A stretch of 63,237 nt of DNA, filler included, from Lenisia limosa (lineage: Eukaryota > Protista > Breviatea): NCBI GenBank assembly GCA_001655205.1. It is 14 parts of 14 records of this genome, joined end to end, with 100 filler letters (N's around TTAATTAATTAA, not from the genome) between each part and the next. Parts side by side here need not be neighbours in the genome. Positions count along the whole stretch, not along the records: positions 9,549 to 19,803 come from LPNZ01005424.1; positions 19,904 to 22,622 come from LPNZ01001253.1; positions 22,723 to 24,401 come from LPNZ01010281.1; positions 24,502 to 26,558 come from LPNZ01006287.1; 10 more parts are not named here. One strand, 5' to 3'. Below, one piece after another: positions 11,992 to 24,657 of the stretch; position 1 is the first letter of the stretch; each line of letters opens with the position of its first letter. The notes under the pieces are model-generated. The model did not search any database and was not told where the DNA came from. It was given only the letters and a program-made list of their open reading frames with translations. A program made the translations under genes and the position numbers.

Positions 11992-12117
11992 AGTCATGGC
12001 GATTTGAGTAATATGTTTCTTTTTTGTATTTTTTGTGCAATAGATCTAGGTTCACGTTTTTCCTCTTTGAGTTCCAAAAACAAGGAAAAGGTCAAATCAT
12101 TCTGAGTTGTAAGGCTC

Positions 12118-12164
12118 ATGATTGGGTGAATTAATATACTGTGTGGACGGCTTTGGACAGATAC
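12118..12164 (+). repeat. Dispersed family C copy with internal deletion
   Basis: ATGATTGGGTGAATTAATA joined directly to GTGTGGACGGCTTTGGACAGATAC. Confidence 0.75.
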
Positions 12165-12249
12165 AACTTTATTTTTTTGTTTCACTGCTCTTCTTCCATC
12201 GAAATTAATTGCCTTTTCGGAGTTAATTTGAAATAGTACCATTTTATTA

Positions 12250-13900
12250 AATCTTCCTTCAATCTATCCCTCCTTCTGCTGCCGGGTCCTGCATTTCGGG
12301 CGCTTCGCTTCTTGAGGGGGGGATTTAGGAGACTTCAGCGCCTTTGGGGAGGTAATGTACAAATAACAATGAGAAAAAAAAACACGGTAGTGGAGATAAA
12401 TGTAATATACATATCATATACACGTGATATGGTATATGATATGATGCTAATAAAATTATAAGCTGTGTCNNNNNNNNNNNNNNNNNNNNNNNNNNNNNNN
12501 NNNNNNNNNNNNNNNNNNNNNNNNNNNNNNNNNNNNNNNNNNNNNNNNNNNNNNNNNNNNNNNNNNNNNTCAAAATTACAGGAATCGAAGCTAAAATGCC
12601 AAATTTCCTCAGACCTTTTTCTTTTTGTTTCGCTTAACTAGTGGTGTGTCTTCCTGGGTGGATTTCGCTTCTTCAGGAGTGTCACAAATCTAATAAGGTG
12701 AATCTAGACAGTTGTCAGAGAGAAGTTGAAGATTCCTCACAAATTGTTTGTCTCTTTGAGCCTATCAAGACGTTGATTTGGCTTACTTACCTCAGGATCA
12801 TACTTGGGGTCAACTTCTTCTTCTCTCACGTCCTCCTCAACTTCTTCCGTCCTATTTCGAGTGAATCAACGCAAAATATAAGCTCGCTCGAATAGGAAGA
12901 GATTGGCTTACAAAGATTTGACAATATATTTGAAAATATGAATGAGGTTACTGAGTATGCCTACTCTGAAAAAAAGTCAGTCTTGAGAGGACTCTTTTCT
13001 CTTCGGGATTTGGATACTGGTTGCTTCAAACCAAGAGATTCCTGGAAGATGAGAACAATCTTTAAGACAGAATAGACTTCCCTTGTTCAAATAGTAAAAT
13101 AGAGGATTATGGTTGGTTGATCGGCAAGCAAACATCAGAAACATCCTTTTGAAGCGGTGTTGGACTCTTTTGCCGCGATATCACCACAGTCTTTTCTTCG
13201 GGTGGTTGGCTGGATTGTTTGGACGGCTGTCTGAGAGGGGATGAGGCTCAAATGTGCTTCAAAAGAAACTTTCTGCCAATACGAACAACATATCTCATAT
13301 ATTATCCCTTTTCGCAAAATAAATTGGAATTAGGGCTTGAATTTGTCAATAAATCCTCGAAAACTATCGATATTTTCCGGGTATTTTCGAACCGAAGTGA
13401 AGCCCTAATTGGAATACATGAGGCAAACACAACGAATACACCCCGCCACCCCTCACCGCGCCCTTTGACCAGAAGGCGGAACATGGGGGGTTATTCGCGG
13501 CGGTGGCCTTCGGTCATACTGTGCAACCATCCGAGGGTCCATTGGGGGCTGGAAGTCTCGATAAGGCAATTACCGTAATGATTATGTCAAAATATCATAA
13601 TATGATATTAATTAGGGTTTCACTTCGGTTTGAAAAACAACTGTAAAATATCGATAATTTTCGATCATTCATACAGAATTTCGGTCTTTTTTTCGAACCG
13701 AAGTGAAGCCCTGACAATAGTGATGGAACTTGAATCCAACGCCCAAATCCCACATGTTGAGCATAGTACATTGGCATTGGATAGTGCTGTGGTGGGGGCG
13801 CAAAGAACACTGGTGGGAGATGGGGGGAGTACATAGTTTCTTGTGATGGAGTGAAGGCAAATTGCTGGTACGTTAGTTTGGTAAAGATCTTCGATAGCAT
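12250..13900 (-). CDS. Hypothetical multi-exon protein(s), Pro-rich and acidic segments
   Basis: Exon-like blocks bounded by AG/GT: MYSPHLPPVFFAPPPQHYPMPMYYAQHVGF, MDPRMVAQYDRRPPPRITPMFRLLVKGR, EDVREEEVDPKYDPE. No family recognised; boundaries approximate. Confidence 0.3.
13333..13405. mobile_element. MITE family A copy (left TIR eroded)
   Basis: TA|GGGCTT...TTTTCGAACCGAAGTGAAGCCC|TA. Confidence 0.8.
13615..13711. mobile_element. MITE family A copy
   Basis: TA|GGGTTTCACTTCGGTTTGAAAAA...TTTTTCGAACCGAAGTGAAGCCC. Confidence 0.88.
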
Positions 13901-15018
13901 AAATTATAATAATACTCATTATTTTCTCCTTTTTCAACATATATTCTTAAAAACCAAATCCAATTGAACTCAGCGAACTTGTGGGACTTGAGATCTCGGA
14001 AGGGAGGAATGGAGACTCGAAAGCGAAAAGGCGGGGGTGTTCATATCGCGTGCACTAAGGAAGGTTAAAATGGACAATAAAACGATGGCAAGAAGCTGGG
14101 TGATCCACTATCAAAAAATACTTCCCGTGTCAAGATGTAATATTGAAGTGGCCAACAAAATGAAGCCCTGCTCAAAAAACACCAGAATTAAAACAAAAGC
14201 AAGAACCACAAACGAAGGGTATCTTGGGCCTGATGGGCTCGTGAATCGCGATTTCATTGCTATCAAGTTAGGGCAATATCATGGTGTAAATGAAACATCA
14301 GACTATCAGTCATTTTCTTAGAAACATAATGGCATATCTTTTCATTCCTTCTAACTTTTCTTCGCAGTCAGGTATGACAAAAGGTCCTCGTAAACATCAA
14401 TCTCAGGGAGAAGCTGACTACACAAAGATAAAAACTAAAAGCAAGAAGCAGTTTCATGGTATTTGAACCAAGGGGTTTGAATCAAACCAATATAATTTCG
14501 AGTTATAATCATTTCAGAAAGCAGGAACCAAAGAGAAAGCCCACAGGATCATTCTTTGGGAGGCAATGTGTTTGGCTTCTTTCTTTTTTGAGGAGCACCC
14601 TTTTGATCTAAAATAAGAATAAGTAGTAAATCGTGAAGACTATGAAGGTATGAAAGCTTACTATGTGCATAACAATAATTAGCAAATAAGGCACAAGGGA
14701 ATGCTTACTTTGAGTTGTGTACTGAAATATCACATTGATAGTACTGCGAATTGGGATCAGTAACAAGGGGCTTGTCTTCTTCTTCAGGAGGTCCCTTGAC
14801 CGTGCTCTAATGCAACATGAAACAGCACTTGTATTACAAAAGAACAAAATATTGAGATCGGGAGAGTGTAAAATTGTACAAGATCCAAACAAACCATTGC
14901 GATATCCGGTGGCGGAAGGTTGATTTTGGTACACACTTCCATTAGTGCATGGGATGGAGGTTTGGGAAGTCGGTTCGCAAACATCGAAAGCTGAAGCATA
15001 AAAATTATTAAAAGAAAA

Positions 15019-15134
15019 TAGTTGAAAGGTGTAATGCGTGTAAGCTCATTACTTGAGATAGTTGAAAGGTGTAGCGTGTAAGCTCATTACTTGAGATAGT
15101 TGAAAGGTGTAGCGTGTAAGCTCATTACTTGAGA
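15019..15134. repeat. Tandem repeat, 38-40 bp x3
   Basis: TAGTTGAAAGGTGTAGCGTGTAAGCTCATTACTTGAGA, head to tail with no spacers. Confidence 0.92.
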
Positions 15135-15684
15135 AGCTGAATCAGTATTCCCTCTTTTCCTTACAATTATTACCGTGTTGCAAAACCCACCGTCCTGTGT
15201 AGACTGGTGGTACTCTTATCAATAGAACACCAGGAAAATAAAAAAGAGCAAGGTTGTATCTTATGTTCAATTCAACCACCAACTAGAGGGTTATCGATGT
15301 TTAGACACAGCAAATTCTCAGCAGAATGGACATCGGTGGAAAACTCGCTGGATAGACGGCTCCTATGTGGTGAACCAAAAGTCAAAACAATAGGCCTATT
15401 ATCCGATAAAGGATTTCCCTCTGGCCATAATATAAAAAAAAGAAATAAATCAAAGGATTCAAAATTTCAGCTTTGTTAGAGGAAGCTTACGATACAGAAG
15501 GGGTTGGGCTCATTCTTAAAGGAGGTGTCAACGACAGCCCTCTAAGACTCAGGTTTGGTGGTGGCGACTGTACTACGTCTGGAAGTTAAGATCTGGAACA
15601 AAGACAGGATTTTCTCATGTTATTTATTGAGCGGAACAAATAAGCAATAATATTGCAATGAGAAATAAAAAAAAAAACACGGCA

Positions 15685-15764
15685 GTGGCCGACCATCACG
15701 CTTCTAAGATATTGGATTATAGTATAACATTAATTTACCCAATCATTTGCCTTACAACTCTGTG
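15685..15764 (-). repeat. Dispersed family C copy
   Basis: CCATCACGC...GATATTGGATTATAGTA...ATTAATTTACCCAATCATTTGCCTTACAACTCTGTG, matching 24899-24994. Confidence 0.8.
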
Positions 15765-16522
15765 CACACAGCAGTCTGCGTGCCTCCCCAGCATACCTAC
15801 AAGGATTAGATTCATGAATAAGGATAATAGCCCCTACATAATAACCCAGGTAAGCCCTCTCATAAATCGGTTAATATTCGCAACGCCATTAAATGTTCCG
15901 TAGATTTATTGCCTGATAACTGTCCGTTCGATCTTCAAAGTCTCTCTATTCAGTATAAATGCATGTCATCTTAATCCTGATTTGTCTATTTCCCCTTCTG
16001 ATTGTCCTACTTCCCACTATTGAGCCACTTATAATCTGTTCTCCTTTGAGGACGTTATCAAGATTTACGATAATATTATTCTATAAAGCCATTATGTCTG
16101 CAATTCTAACTCTCTGGCACCTCCTGAATCTGTGGCATAAGATGGATTTAGGAGTATTGTGAAAACCTAATAGTAATGGAGTCCGAACTACTATCTTTGA
16201 TTTTGCTAGGAGGATGGTAGTCAGCATGAAGGAAGAGTCAAATAGCCGCCGAGACAGCATGAGACTAATATACCCATACCTTCGGATTCTGACTGTCTCC
16301 GAGGCCGTGTGGCTGGCCTATCATTGCTCAGCACTGCTGCCGTCATTTTCTCCTCAGAATACAACTGTCGCTTCCTAGAAATGAGAAATAATCAGCTGCC
16401 CACCATGTGGCAAATTAATAACAAAGGATTTTACATAAGTAGGTCTCAAAAAATCATCATTGTAAGTTCATATCCAAGAAACCAATTAATTTTTCAAAGT
16501 GGTAATTATTGATTGTATCACG

Positions 16523-16719
16523 CATTACTGATAGAAAACGCCAATCAAGACATCACTGATAGAAAACGCCAACATCAAGACAAGGCATCACTGATAGAAA
16601 ACGCTAATCAAGACAAGGCATCACTGATAGAAAACGCCAATCAAGACAAGGCATCACTGATAGAAAACGCCAATCAAGGCAAGGCATCACTGATAGAAAA
16701 CGCCAACATCAAGACAAGG
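16523..16719. repeat. Minisatellite, 33 bp x ~6
   Basis: CATCACTGATAGAAAACGCCAATCAAGACAAGG. Confidence 0.92.
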
Positions 16720-16775
16720 TTCATCTTAACACAAACCAGTTTAGTCTTACTATGACATCCACAATATTACAATTA

Positions 16776-16870
16776 GGGATTCACTTCAATTCGAAAAAAC
16801 CCAATAAAATATCGATAATTTTCAAGATTTTTCGACAATTTCAGTCTTTTTTCGAACCGAAGTGAAGCCC
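16776..16870. mobile_element. MITE family A copy
   Basis: TA|GGGATTCACTTCAATTCGAAAAAA...TTTTTTCGAACCGAAGTGAAGCCC|TA. Confidence 0.88.
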
Positions 16871-18424
16871 TAGATCTCATACTGCCCTTGTACCTAGACC
16901 CAGTTCCCTGCGATGATGCGCTCGCTGACCGATGATTTTCTGTGCTAATTGGCCTAAAAGTAAGGCTTTCAAAGGAGTAGTTCGATGATTATTCTTCATG
17001 GGCACCAGCGTCAACCTTTTTTTTTAAGACTTACATGTCAGATGCAGGGCTGAACGGGTCTAAAAAGTCAATAAAAGGCACTGGGTTCTCATAAAGGAAT
17101 TTTTAATGCAAAGTACTGGCATTATCATATCATATATTATATGATGATATATTACTATACTATGTATAGTAGTATAGTATACATATTAGAAATAACCCCT
17201 TCTGATACAAAAACAAAAAAAACAAAGGATCCCCAGTACCTCCTTGTCGGCACGGGCGAGGAGAGTGGCACTCCATACGGCCACTAATCGGTACTGGCTT
17301 CGGTGATCTGCATATTAGAATCCGACAAAGCACAAAACGACACGGAAAGCTGTCGTGTTTCACAACATCAAAACAATTATCCGCATAGAGCGGGGGCTAT
17401 TTCACAGATCATATTAATCCCTTCCACCAATCACTTTGTCGGATTATCGAGACAAGAATAGCTGGTACTCACCTTGACCTTGCAGGAGCATGGCGTTTCA
17501 TTCGTTGCGGGGAAGAGCTTGGTCCCCCTGAAGCGGCTGAAAAGTCAATGTGCTTTATAGGCAAGCCGGGATATTCAAATGCTCAAAATATCATCTCACC
17601 TTTTTGAAAGAGATCCTGAAGCACCCAGGCTGGAGGAATGTGCGTTTGTGGTGAATCCGAAATGCTAGAGTATAAAACTCAATGAGTTTTAATTATCAAC
17701 CATATATGTAGATGAGAAAAAAAAAAAAAAAAAAAAAAAANNNNNNNNNNNNNNNNNNNNNNNNNNNNNNNNNNNNNNNNNNNNNNNNNNNNNNNNNNNN
17801 NNNNNNNNNNNNNNNNNNNNNTGCCTTACAACTTAAAAATGGCACCACTTCTCACCAATAAGGCCTTGACCATGATACAATCTTAAGCCCATGATGGTAC
17901 CAAAAGTATCGATTCAATCCGGCATGGAAGACCTCTTCAAATTGCTCTTCAAACCTCTCGTCATTCTGATGGGTTATTGATTACGCCAAATACAAGGAGG
18001 CTAAGTGCTATAAAAGCCACATCAACCAATTTATGGACATTTACAATTGATTTAACTCTTCTTTTATCTCATTTCTAAGATCTTACCTTTTCACCTCCAT
18101 CACTCTCGTTGTGTTCGCTGTACTGGTCCATGAGGAATATTCAGACTTTTCCGTTCAAAACAATGAGATACATCTTTATGAATGACTGTGAACTGGAAGG
18201 GAGAGAAGGATGGTAGGAAGAGGTTCAGATTTCGACCAAAAGGCAAACTAAAGAAGAACCAATTCACGGTTTTCTCCTGCTTTTTGGACCAAAACATCTC
18301 TTTGTTCCTCCTATATGAACAACATAATCTCATTTTAACCGCTATAGATTTATCCATCATATATATGCAGAAGTCCCCACAGCGATACTGGTTTTGACTT
18401 TGTTGCAAAGAAAACAGTTTTCAG

Positions 18425-19770
18425 CCCTCTATTGAGCTCTCCATAACGCTTGAGGTTTCAACGTCCATATCTGAGAAGTTAAACGATGTTGACAGAAACG
18501 TAGGGCCCGGGAAACAACTCTCATTTTTTTTTTTTTTTAGAGGGGAAGAGTCAGATAAGGATATGGTTCGTCTTCAACAAGATGCCAAGAACCTCCATGC
18601 TATGCTCAACTTGAATTTCCAAGCAGCCTCAGCGTTGATACAGAGGGCAGTTGCTTTGAAAGTGGGTGAGGTATTAGCACTATAGCAAGTCTATCAGGTG
18701 TTTCTCTTTTCTTTTGATTTTAATCCCATTTGGTAAGGGCTTCAATTCCAATTATTTGTAATTCCCCCTTTTGGTATTATAGTTATTATTTCAAAACGAT
18801 TTTGAGTTTAGATGACTGGGATGTCTTATTAGGGTTTCAACTGTTAATCTAAGTATGTTACCGTTTTTTATTTTTTATTTTTATGTCCTCCAATGGGAAA
18901 TCTCACTTTTTTCAATCTCGCTGATGTAGAATCCATATTGTTTTGGCGAAATAATCTTTCAGAATCAACTTGACAAACAAAACACCGACACCAGAGAAGC
19001 GCACAATGTGCTGAAGCCCCGTGTGGTCGAAGGTGTGCCTCGTTTTGAATATGCTGTGTTCTGTTTCTGCAATATTTGCTGGTGTTGAAACAAGTAGTAT
19101 TGTTTGTATTTACCACCATGAACAAACTTTTTCATTAGAGCTTGAATTACAGCTGTGACATAGTATATGATTTTCACACCGAAGAATCCACCTCAGATGC
19201 GACAGAAAAGGAGGCAACTCCACTTGTCGACCAGAGTACGCCCGCTGAGGCTCTTGCGGGTATGCCCGGGGGTTTTCTCTTTTGGATGCTTTTTGGGCTT
19301 TGTTATTCGTTCTAAATAATGTATAGAGATCTCACAATTGAATGAGCGACTAGTTACCAGAGAAAACTGGGTCAAACATCTGGAAGGAGAGAATGAAGGT
19401 CAGTACCGGCTGTGGTATTATATTCAGATGCTCCGTCTTGATATTTGTCGTGTTTTGTCCTGTTGTGTTAATATGTGTACCTTTTCCAATTCCTAGAATT
19501 GCGGCAAAAGTTTAACAAGTGTTATTTTTATGCCAAGAGTAGCATTACGCAGTAACTTGTCTGCATGTCACGACGTTCTTGCTGAAGTTGTTGAGAAACA
19601 CAAGAGCACACATGCTCAAGTTGGTCTGGGTAAAAATCAATTTCGAAAATAGGGTTTTTGATTTGGTTTCCCCTAATCCAGATGATTCGGATAAAAGATT
19701 GGATTTTTTTTTTTCAGACGTAGAGTGTGAATGTAAGATCAAAAAGAAATATCGAAGCAGTAGTGATATG
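18425..19770 (+). CDS. Hypothetical multi-exon coiled-coil protein (partial)
   Basis: AG/GT-bounded exons: PSIELSITLEVSTSISEKLNDVDRN, GEESDKDMVRLQQDAKNLHAMLNLNFQAASALIQRAVALK, EISQLNERLVTRENWVKHLEGENE, LRSNLSACHDVLAEVVEKHKSTHAQ. Heptad-like pattern. Confidence 0.45.
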
Positions 19771-22722
19771 GTATTTTATAATCACGGTCAGATGTTTGGG
19801 GTTNNNNNNNNNNNNNNNNNNNNNNNNNNNNNNNNNNNNNNNNNNNNTTAATTAATTAANNNNNNNNNNNNNNNNNNNNNNNNNNNNNNNNNNNNNNNNN
19901 NNNTAGAGAAAATAATAATTTACGGGAATTCTGCGCGGTAGCATATAGTCAAAGCTCCGGACATCATTCAAATTCTCCGGACACATCAAAACTCCCGGAC
20001 AGCTTGATTTTAAGTGAAAAGGCAAAAGCGGCCACTCCCGGGAGACCAAATTCACGGAATTTTGACACTTGCTCAAAATTGAAAAAAGAAGTTGGGGAAC
20101 ATTAAGAGGTCATTTTCTTTCTATATCTGTCGAACCAGTTTTGTATTAAACACTATCGTTGACCCATACAAGGGGTCAACTTCAAGCTGTCAGGGAGTGC
20201 CTTCTTAATTTGGAGAAGAGACCGTGTTTGACAGAAACCTCCGCCAAAACGCCAACCAAGCTGCTGGGAACACTTTCCGGAGGGAGGGGGGCGGCGGTTT
20301 GGGGGGTCAACCAAATCGTGACGACGGATCCGGGAAGATGTTGGTGGGGTACAATATCGTTTTATCTGGGGATCTGGGCAGTCTGGGCTACCAAACCATC
20401 CATGGCGGATCGCGGATCATGGCGGAGCCTTGTTTCTCTAGAGTTCTCCCCCCTTGATAAAATTAATATAAAATCATCAAAGCTAATGTTTTTGTCAAGA
20501 ATATAATACTTTTCAATGTTGCATCTCAATTTCAACAAGATCTTGTGCTGATCTGTCTTAAAAATTGAATCTCTATAAAAGCCTTGCTGAGAAATTTTTT
20601 AAACTTGTTTTTATAATTGTATTGTATGTATGTAGTTTTTGGTTTAAATTTTGTTGATATAGCCGGGTTTAAGTGGAAAAAATAATAATTTACGGGAATT
20701 CTGCGCGGTAGCATCTAAATAACACAATTTACAAGAGCGGTAACGCTTGACTTTATTTCAAAGTTTGGTGGCTTCATGGAGTAGTCATGCGACCAATGCG
20801 AATGTGGGTGACCGGCAGTCCCTCCGCGAGTACCTTTCCAACCATCTTGAAGCCCCGGTCTTCATTGACATTGATTGCACTCATGATGCTCAACCACAGC
20901 GAAATGGAGTAGTCGCCAAACCGGTTGCAGGGTTTTTGTGCTGGTTATTCACAATCAAGGATGAATGAAAGTAGGTGTTCCCTTTGATGAACGAACTTTG
21001 TTCCCCAATCAAGCGGATCGAAAGGCCTTGGGGCTGCTTTGAAGGACATTGAGGAAATAGACCAACTTGAGAGTTTTGAGACCCATAAACTGTCCGTGTT
21101 CCTAGTAAATAACTGTAGATACAGTGTGACAATTGCGGACCTATAAAGGATCTCTTAAAAGTAAATTCTCCAACAGCGAAGTCTCTGTTGGACCACAGTC
21201 TTGGCACGTGCATCCATCATCGAAGTTGTCTTTGATGAGCTTAAAAGCTCATGGCCAAGCTATAGGGTGAGAACCTCAAAACTGATATTCAGTATGTCAC
21301 TCTAAATACAAAACTGGATGATCGGGTAAGGGGGAATGGTTTTGGGCTCGATCGAACCCAGGAGTGGTCAAAATGTTTGAGTCACCCTTCATTTTCTTTT
21401 CTCTTTGTTCTCTAAAAGTTGTCATTCGCCAACTCTTTGATCTTAAAATGCTTATCAGGCATTAAAAAATGAAACATGGATCTCAATATGATTCCAACAT
21501 TTGATGGGTCCTCTCTCTCTTCCTCTCTGACTCTCTTCTAATGTTTAACAACATGTCTTTTGGACTATAATGACGCCTTTGAAAATACAATCGAAGTGGC
21601 CTTTTTAACCAGCTTTCGACAAAGACCTATTCTTGCTATATGATAATGTTCCTTACCACCAAAACAAGTCTTTTGCTTTGTATCTATCGTACAATGATGT
21701 GTGAACACAACTAAACATCAGCAGCAATTCACTGTATTTGACTGAGTAGCAGGTGGTCTAGCAATATCAACAGCAAGATAATGGGGGAAAAGAAAACTCG
21801 AATGAGAAATAATTTGAGTGTTTGAAATGGATATTGCAGCTGTTTCAAAGAGGTAATCAATGTTGTGCCCTAAAATATAGTCAATAAAAAACTAAGAAGA
21901 AGAAATTCATGGATCAAAACTACAATTAATATTAATTGTGTGTGTAAAAGTACTGATTAGTACTAAAATGTTGCGAGCTACAGGCATTTTCCAGGTACTT
22001 AGAGGTCGTCTCATATAAGGACCAAGGTCTATTAACTATTAAACAACTGCTGTTGCCACACTGTTATCTTCTCACTTCTCCGTCAACCATATGGAGGTAT
22101 GGTAATTACGTAAATCGGGATATGAGGTAATAGACTGAATGTTGAAATAGGCGGCCATTTTTTAACTGTGAATTGATGACTTTTCCTGACAACTCTCGTG
22201 ATAAACAAAATTCACCAGGTTTCTTTTATCTTAACATTACCTCAAAACATAAACAATCTTTCATAATAAGCAAAAACAAACAGGATAGTCGTAATAAGTA
22301 GTAGGAGCTTATTTGAGAAGGCAGGAAGAAAACAACTCTCTTCACAAAAGACCTTTTCGTATCACAAATAGTTTACAAAGTCCGGCCGTGACACTTATTG
22401 GAATTGTCCAATAAATTTATACAATATAAACTTTCCTCAAAAATTCCCTGTTTGAATACTATATTAAAATAAATTATTTTTTGGTCAAGTATGGATAAAT
22501 ATCGGATTAAAGCGGGAGTCCAATCAAATGTTTGTAACCTAGTTTATACGATTTGGGCTGGGCCACCTTGTTTTTTATCTCTCATTGCTAAATAGCTATA
22601 TATCATATAATATACTATGCCCNNNNNNNNNNNNNNNNNNNNNNNNNNNNNNNNNNNNNNNNNNNNTTAATTAATTAANNNNNNNNNNNNNNNNNNNNNN
22701 NNNNNNNNNNNNNNNNNNNNNN

Positions 22723-23062
22723 TTGTTATTACGAAAGATGCTGTGTTCTGGATTATTATCACGAAAGATGCTGTGTTCTGGACTATTATCACGAAAGATG
22801 CTGTGTTCTGGATTGTTATTACGAAAGATGCTGTGTTCTGGATNNNNNNNNNNNNNNNNNNNNNNNNNNNNNNNNNNNNNNNNNNNNNNNNNNNNNNNNN
22901 NNNNNNNNNNNNNNNNNNNNNNNNNNNNNNNNNNNNNNNNNNNNNNNNNNNNNNNNNNNNNNNATGTCTGGATTATAATCAAGAAAGATGCTGTGTTCTG
23001 GATTATTATCACGAAAGATGCTGTGTTCTGGATTGTTATCACGAAAGATGCTGTGTTCTGGA
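22723..23062. repeat. Minisatellite, 30-bp unit, spanning a gap at scaffold start
   Basis: TTGTTATCACGAAAGATGCTGTGTTCTGGA, at least 7 visible units. Confidence 0.92.
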
Positions 23063-24287
23063 GTGCCTTCACCAGTGTCAAAACACTAAACCATTACCAC
23101 CCCATCCCACGATGTTGAACTGAGCCACTCTTCTCATAAGATACTCAGCTTACCGCAAATAACCAGGATAGCGAAACATCTGGAAAAGGGGGCAGCGAGG
23201 GGGTCATCAACCACATCACGCCCTTCTCTTGAATACTCACAAACAAAGTGGGAACAGCTGTCCTCGCGTGAATTGCAGGTGACAGATGCGAGGATTCGGA
23301 ATTTATCATTGACCTCCAGGCTGTCACGAGGGTACTTTTTCGAAAAAACAATTCTTATCAAAGGTGTCAAACAGCAACTTATGGTATTTGAACCAAAGTG
23401 AAACTTAACCCTCAATGTGTCTTTACTACATTAATGATGAAATCTTTTTGGTGTTGCTTATCATTCCTCTATTGGAAACAATTATCTGTTTTTGGTGTTC
23501 CATTTATTTCATTTTTCTTGATTTGGTTTCATATTTGTTCCAAAACAATATCTCTACAGTTTTTTTTTTCCTTCTTTTTCTTTTTATATCTAAGTTCGCG
23601 TTCGACGTGCAAAGTTTTCAAAGATTGCTTAAAGATTTTAGAGATGGGATAAATCTTGAGGTAATTGACTGTTAAAATAGTAGGAACGGTTTCCTCTTCT
23701 TAGTTCCATGTCAGTTGCTATTGCGATAGACAGAAGAATATTCTGCTGCATTGTGAGAGCTGACATCATTGCAACCACCAAAAAAGGAAGGTTCCCACGA
23801 TTCCTCAATTTGTCCAATAATATCGCGAACAAACACGACTGAGGATGAAGTCACTTGATCACGGACCAAAATATAAGTAATATTCAATTGAATGTCAACA
23901 AACAAACCTCTAAATTCGAGGGTGCAGTTTCTGTGAGCTGATCTTTGCACAAGCGACAACATTTGAAGCTCGACACTTTTGATTTTTAGATTTAGTTTTG
24001 GGAGCTTCGAACGAAAACTCTTTAGAATTAAAGCCAAAATTTTGAAAATTTTGAAAATTTTGCACTTCAAACGCTGCCTAAGCCCTCTTGTTTATTGGAT
24101 TTTTTGCCAGAAATGATTGTACTTTTGTCGCATTTATCTTTTTTCCCCTCAGNNNNNNNNNNNNNNNNNNNNNNNNNNNNNNNNNNNNNNNNNNNNNNNN
24201 NNNNNNNNNNNNNNNNNNNNNNNNNNNNNNNNNNNNNNNNNNNNNNNNNNNNNNNNNNNNNNNNNNNNNNNNNNNNNNCGGTGAGTG

Positions 24288-24365
24288 GGGCTTCACTAAA
24301 TTTCTCGATATATCCTCGAAAACTATCGATAATTTACCGTTATTATTCAAACTGAAGTGAGGGGC
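24288..24365. mobile_element. MITE family A copy (diverged)
   Basis: GGGCTTCAC...ATCCTCGAAAACTATCGATAATTT...CAAACTGAAGTGAG. Confidence 0.65.
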
Positions 24366-24596
24366 ATCGACATCATCACTTTTTATAGTAACATCATATG
24401 CNNNNNNNNNNNNNNNNNNNNNNNNNNNNNNNNNNNNNNNNNNNNTTAATTAATTAANNNNNNNNNNNNNNNNNNNNNNNNNNNNNNNNNNNNNNNNNNN
24501 NGGAGAATGAAAGGGGGAGTTATTTACCCACCGTATTTGTCATAGTATCGTATTTGCATATGTAGCTATATGATATACTATTGTAGTACATCTGTA

Positions 24597-24620
24597 CAGT
24601 GACCGTGATAAGTCTTGACA
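24597..24620. mobile_element. MITE family B solo TIR
   Basis: TA|CAGTGACCGTGATAAGTCTTGACA. Confidence 0.6.
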
Positions 24621-24657
24621 GTGAGGGTGGGGGGTATTCACGTATTACTGCTTTTAG

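Noticed and set aside
15019-15134. CRISPR array (also considered for 16523-16719 and 22723-23062)
   Set aside because: Units are head to tail with no unique spacers, there are no cas genes, and the context is eukaryotic.
15800-15870. Small GTPase fragment (RAYLG/AIILIHES, minus strand)
   Set aside because: No P-loop, DxxG or NKxD exon was found nearby; the resemblance is too short.
20745-21260. Transposase or other gene relic in a coding-like segment
   Set aside because: Frames are broken by stops and no recognisable motif or splice pattern was found; it cannot be assigned without a search.
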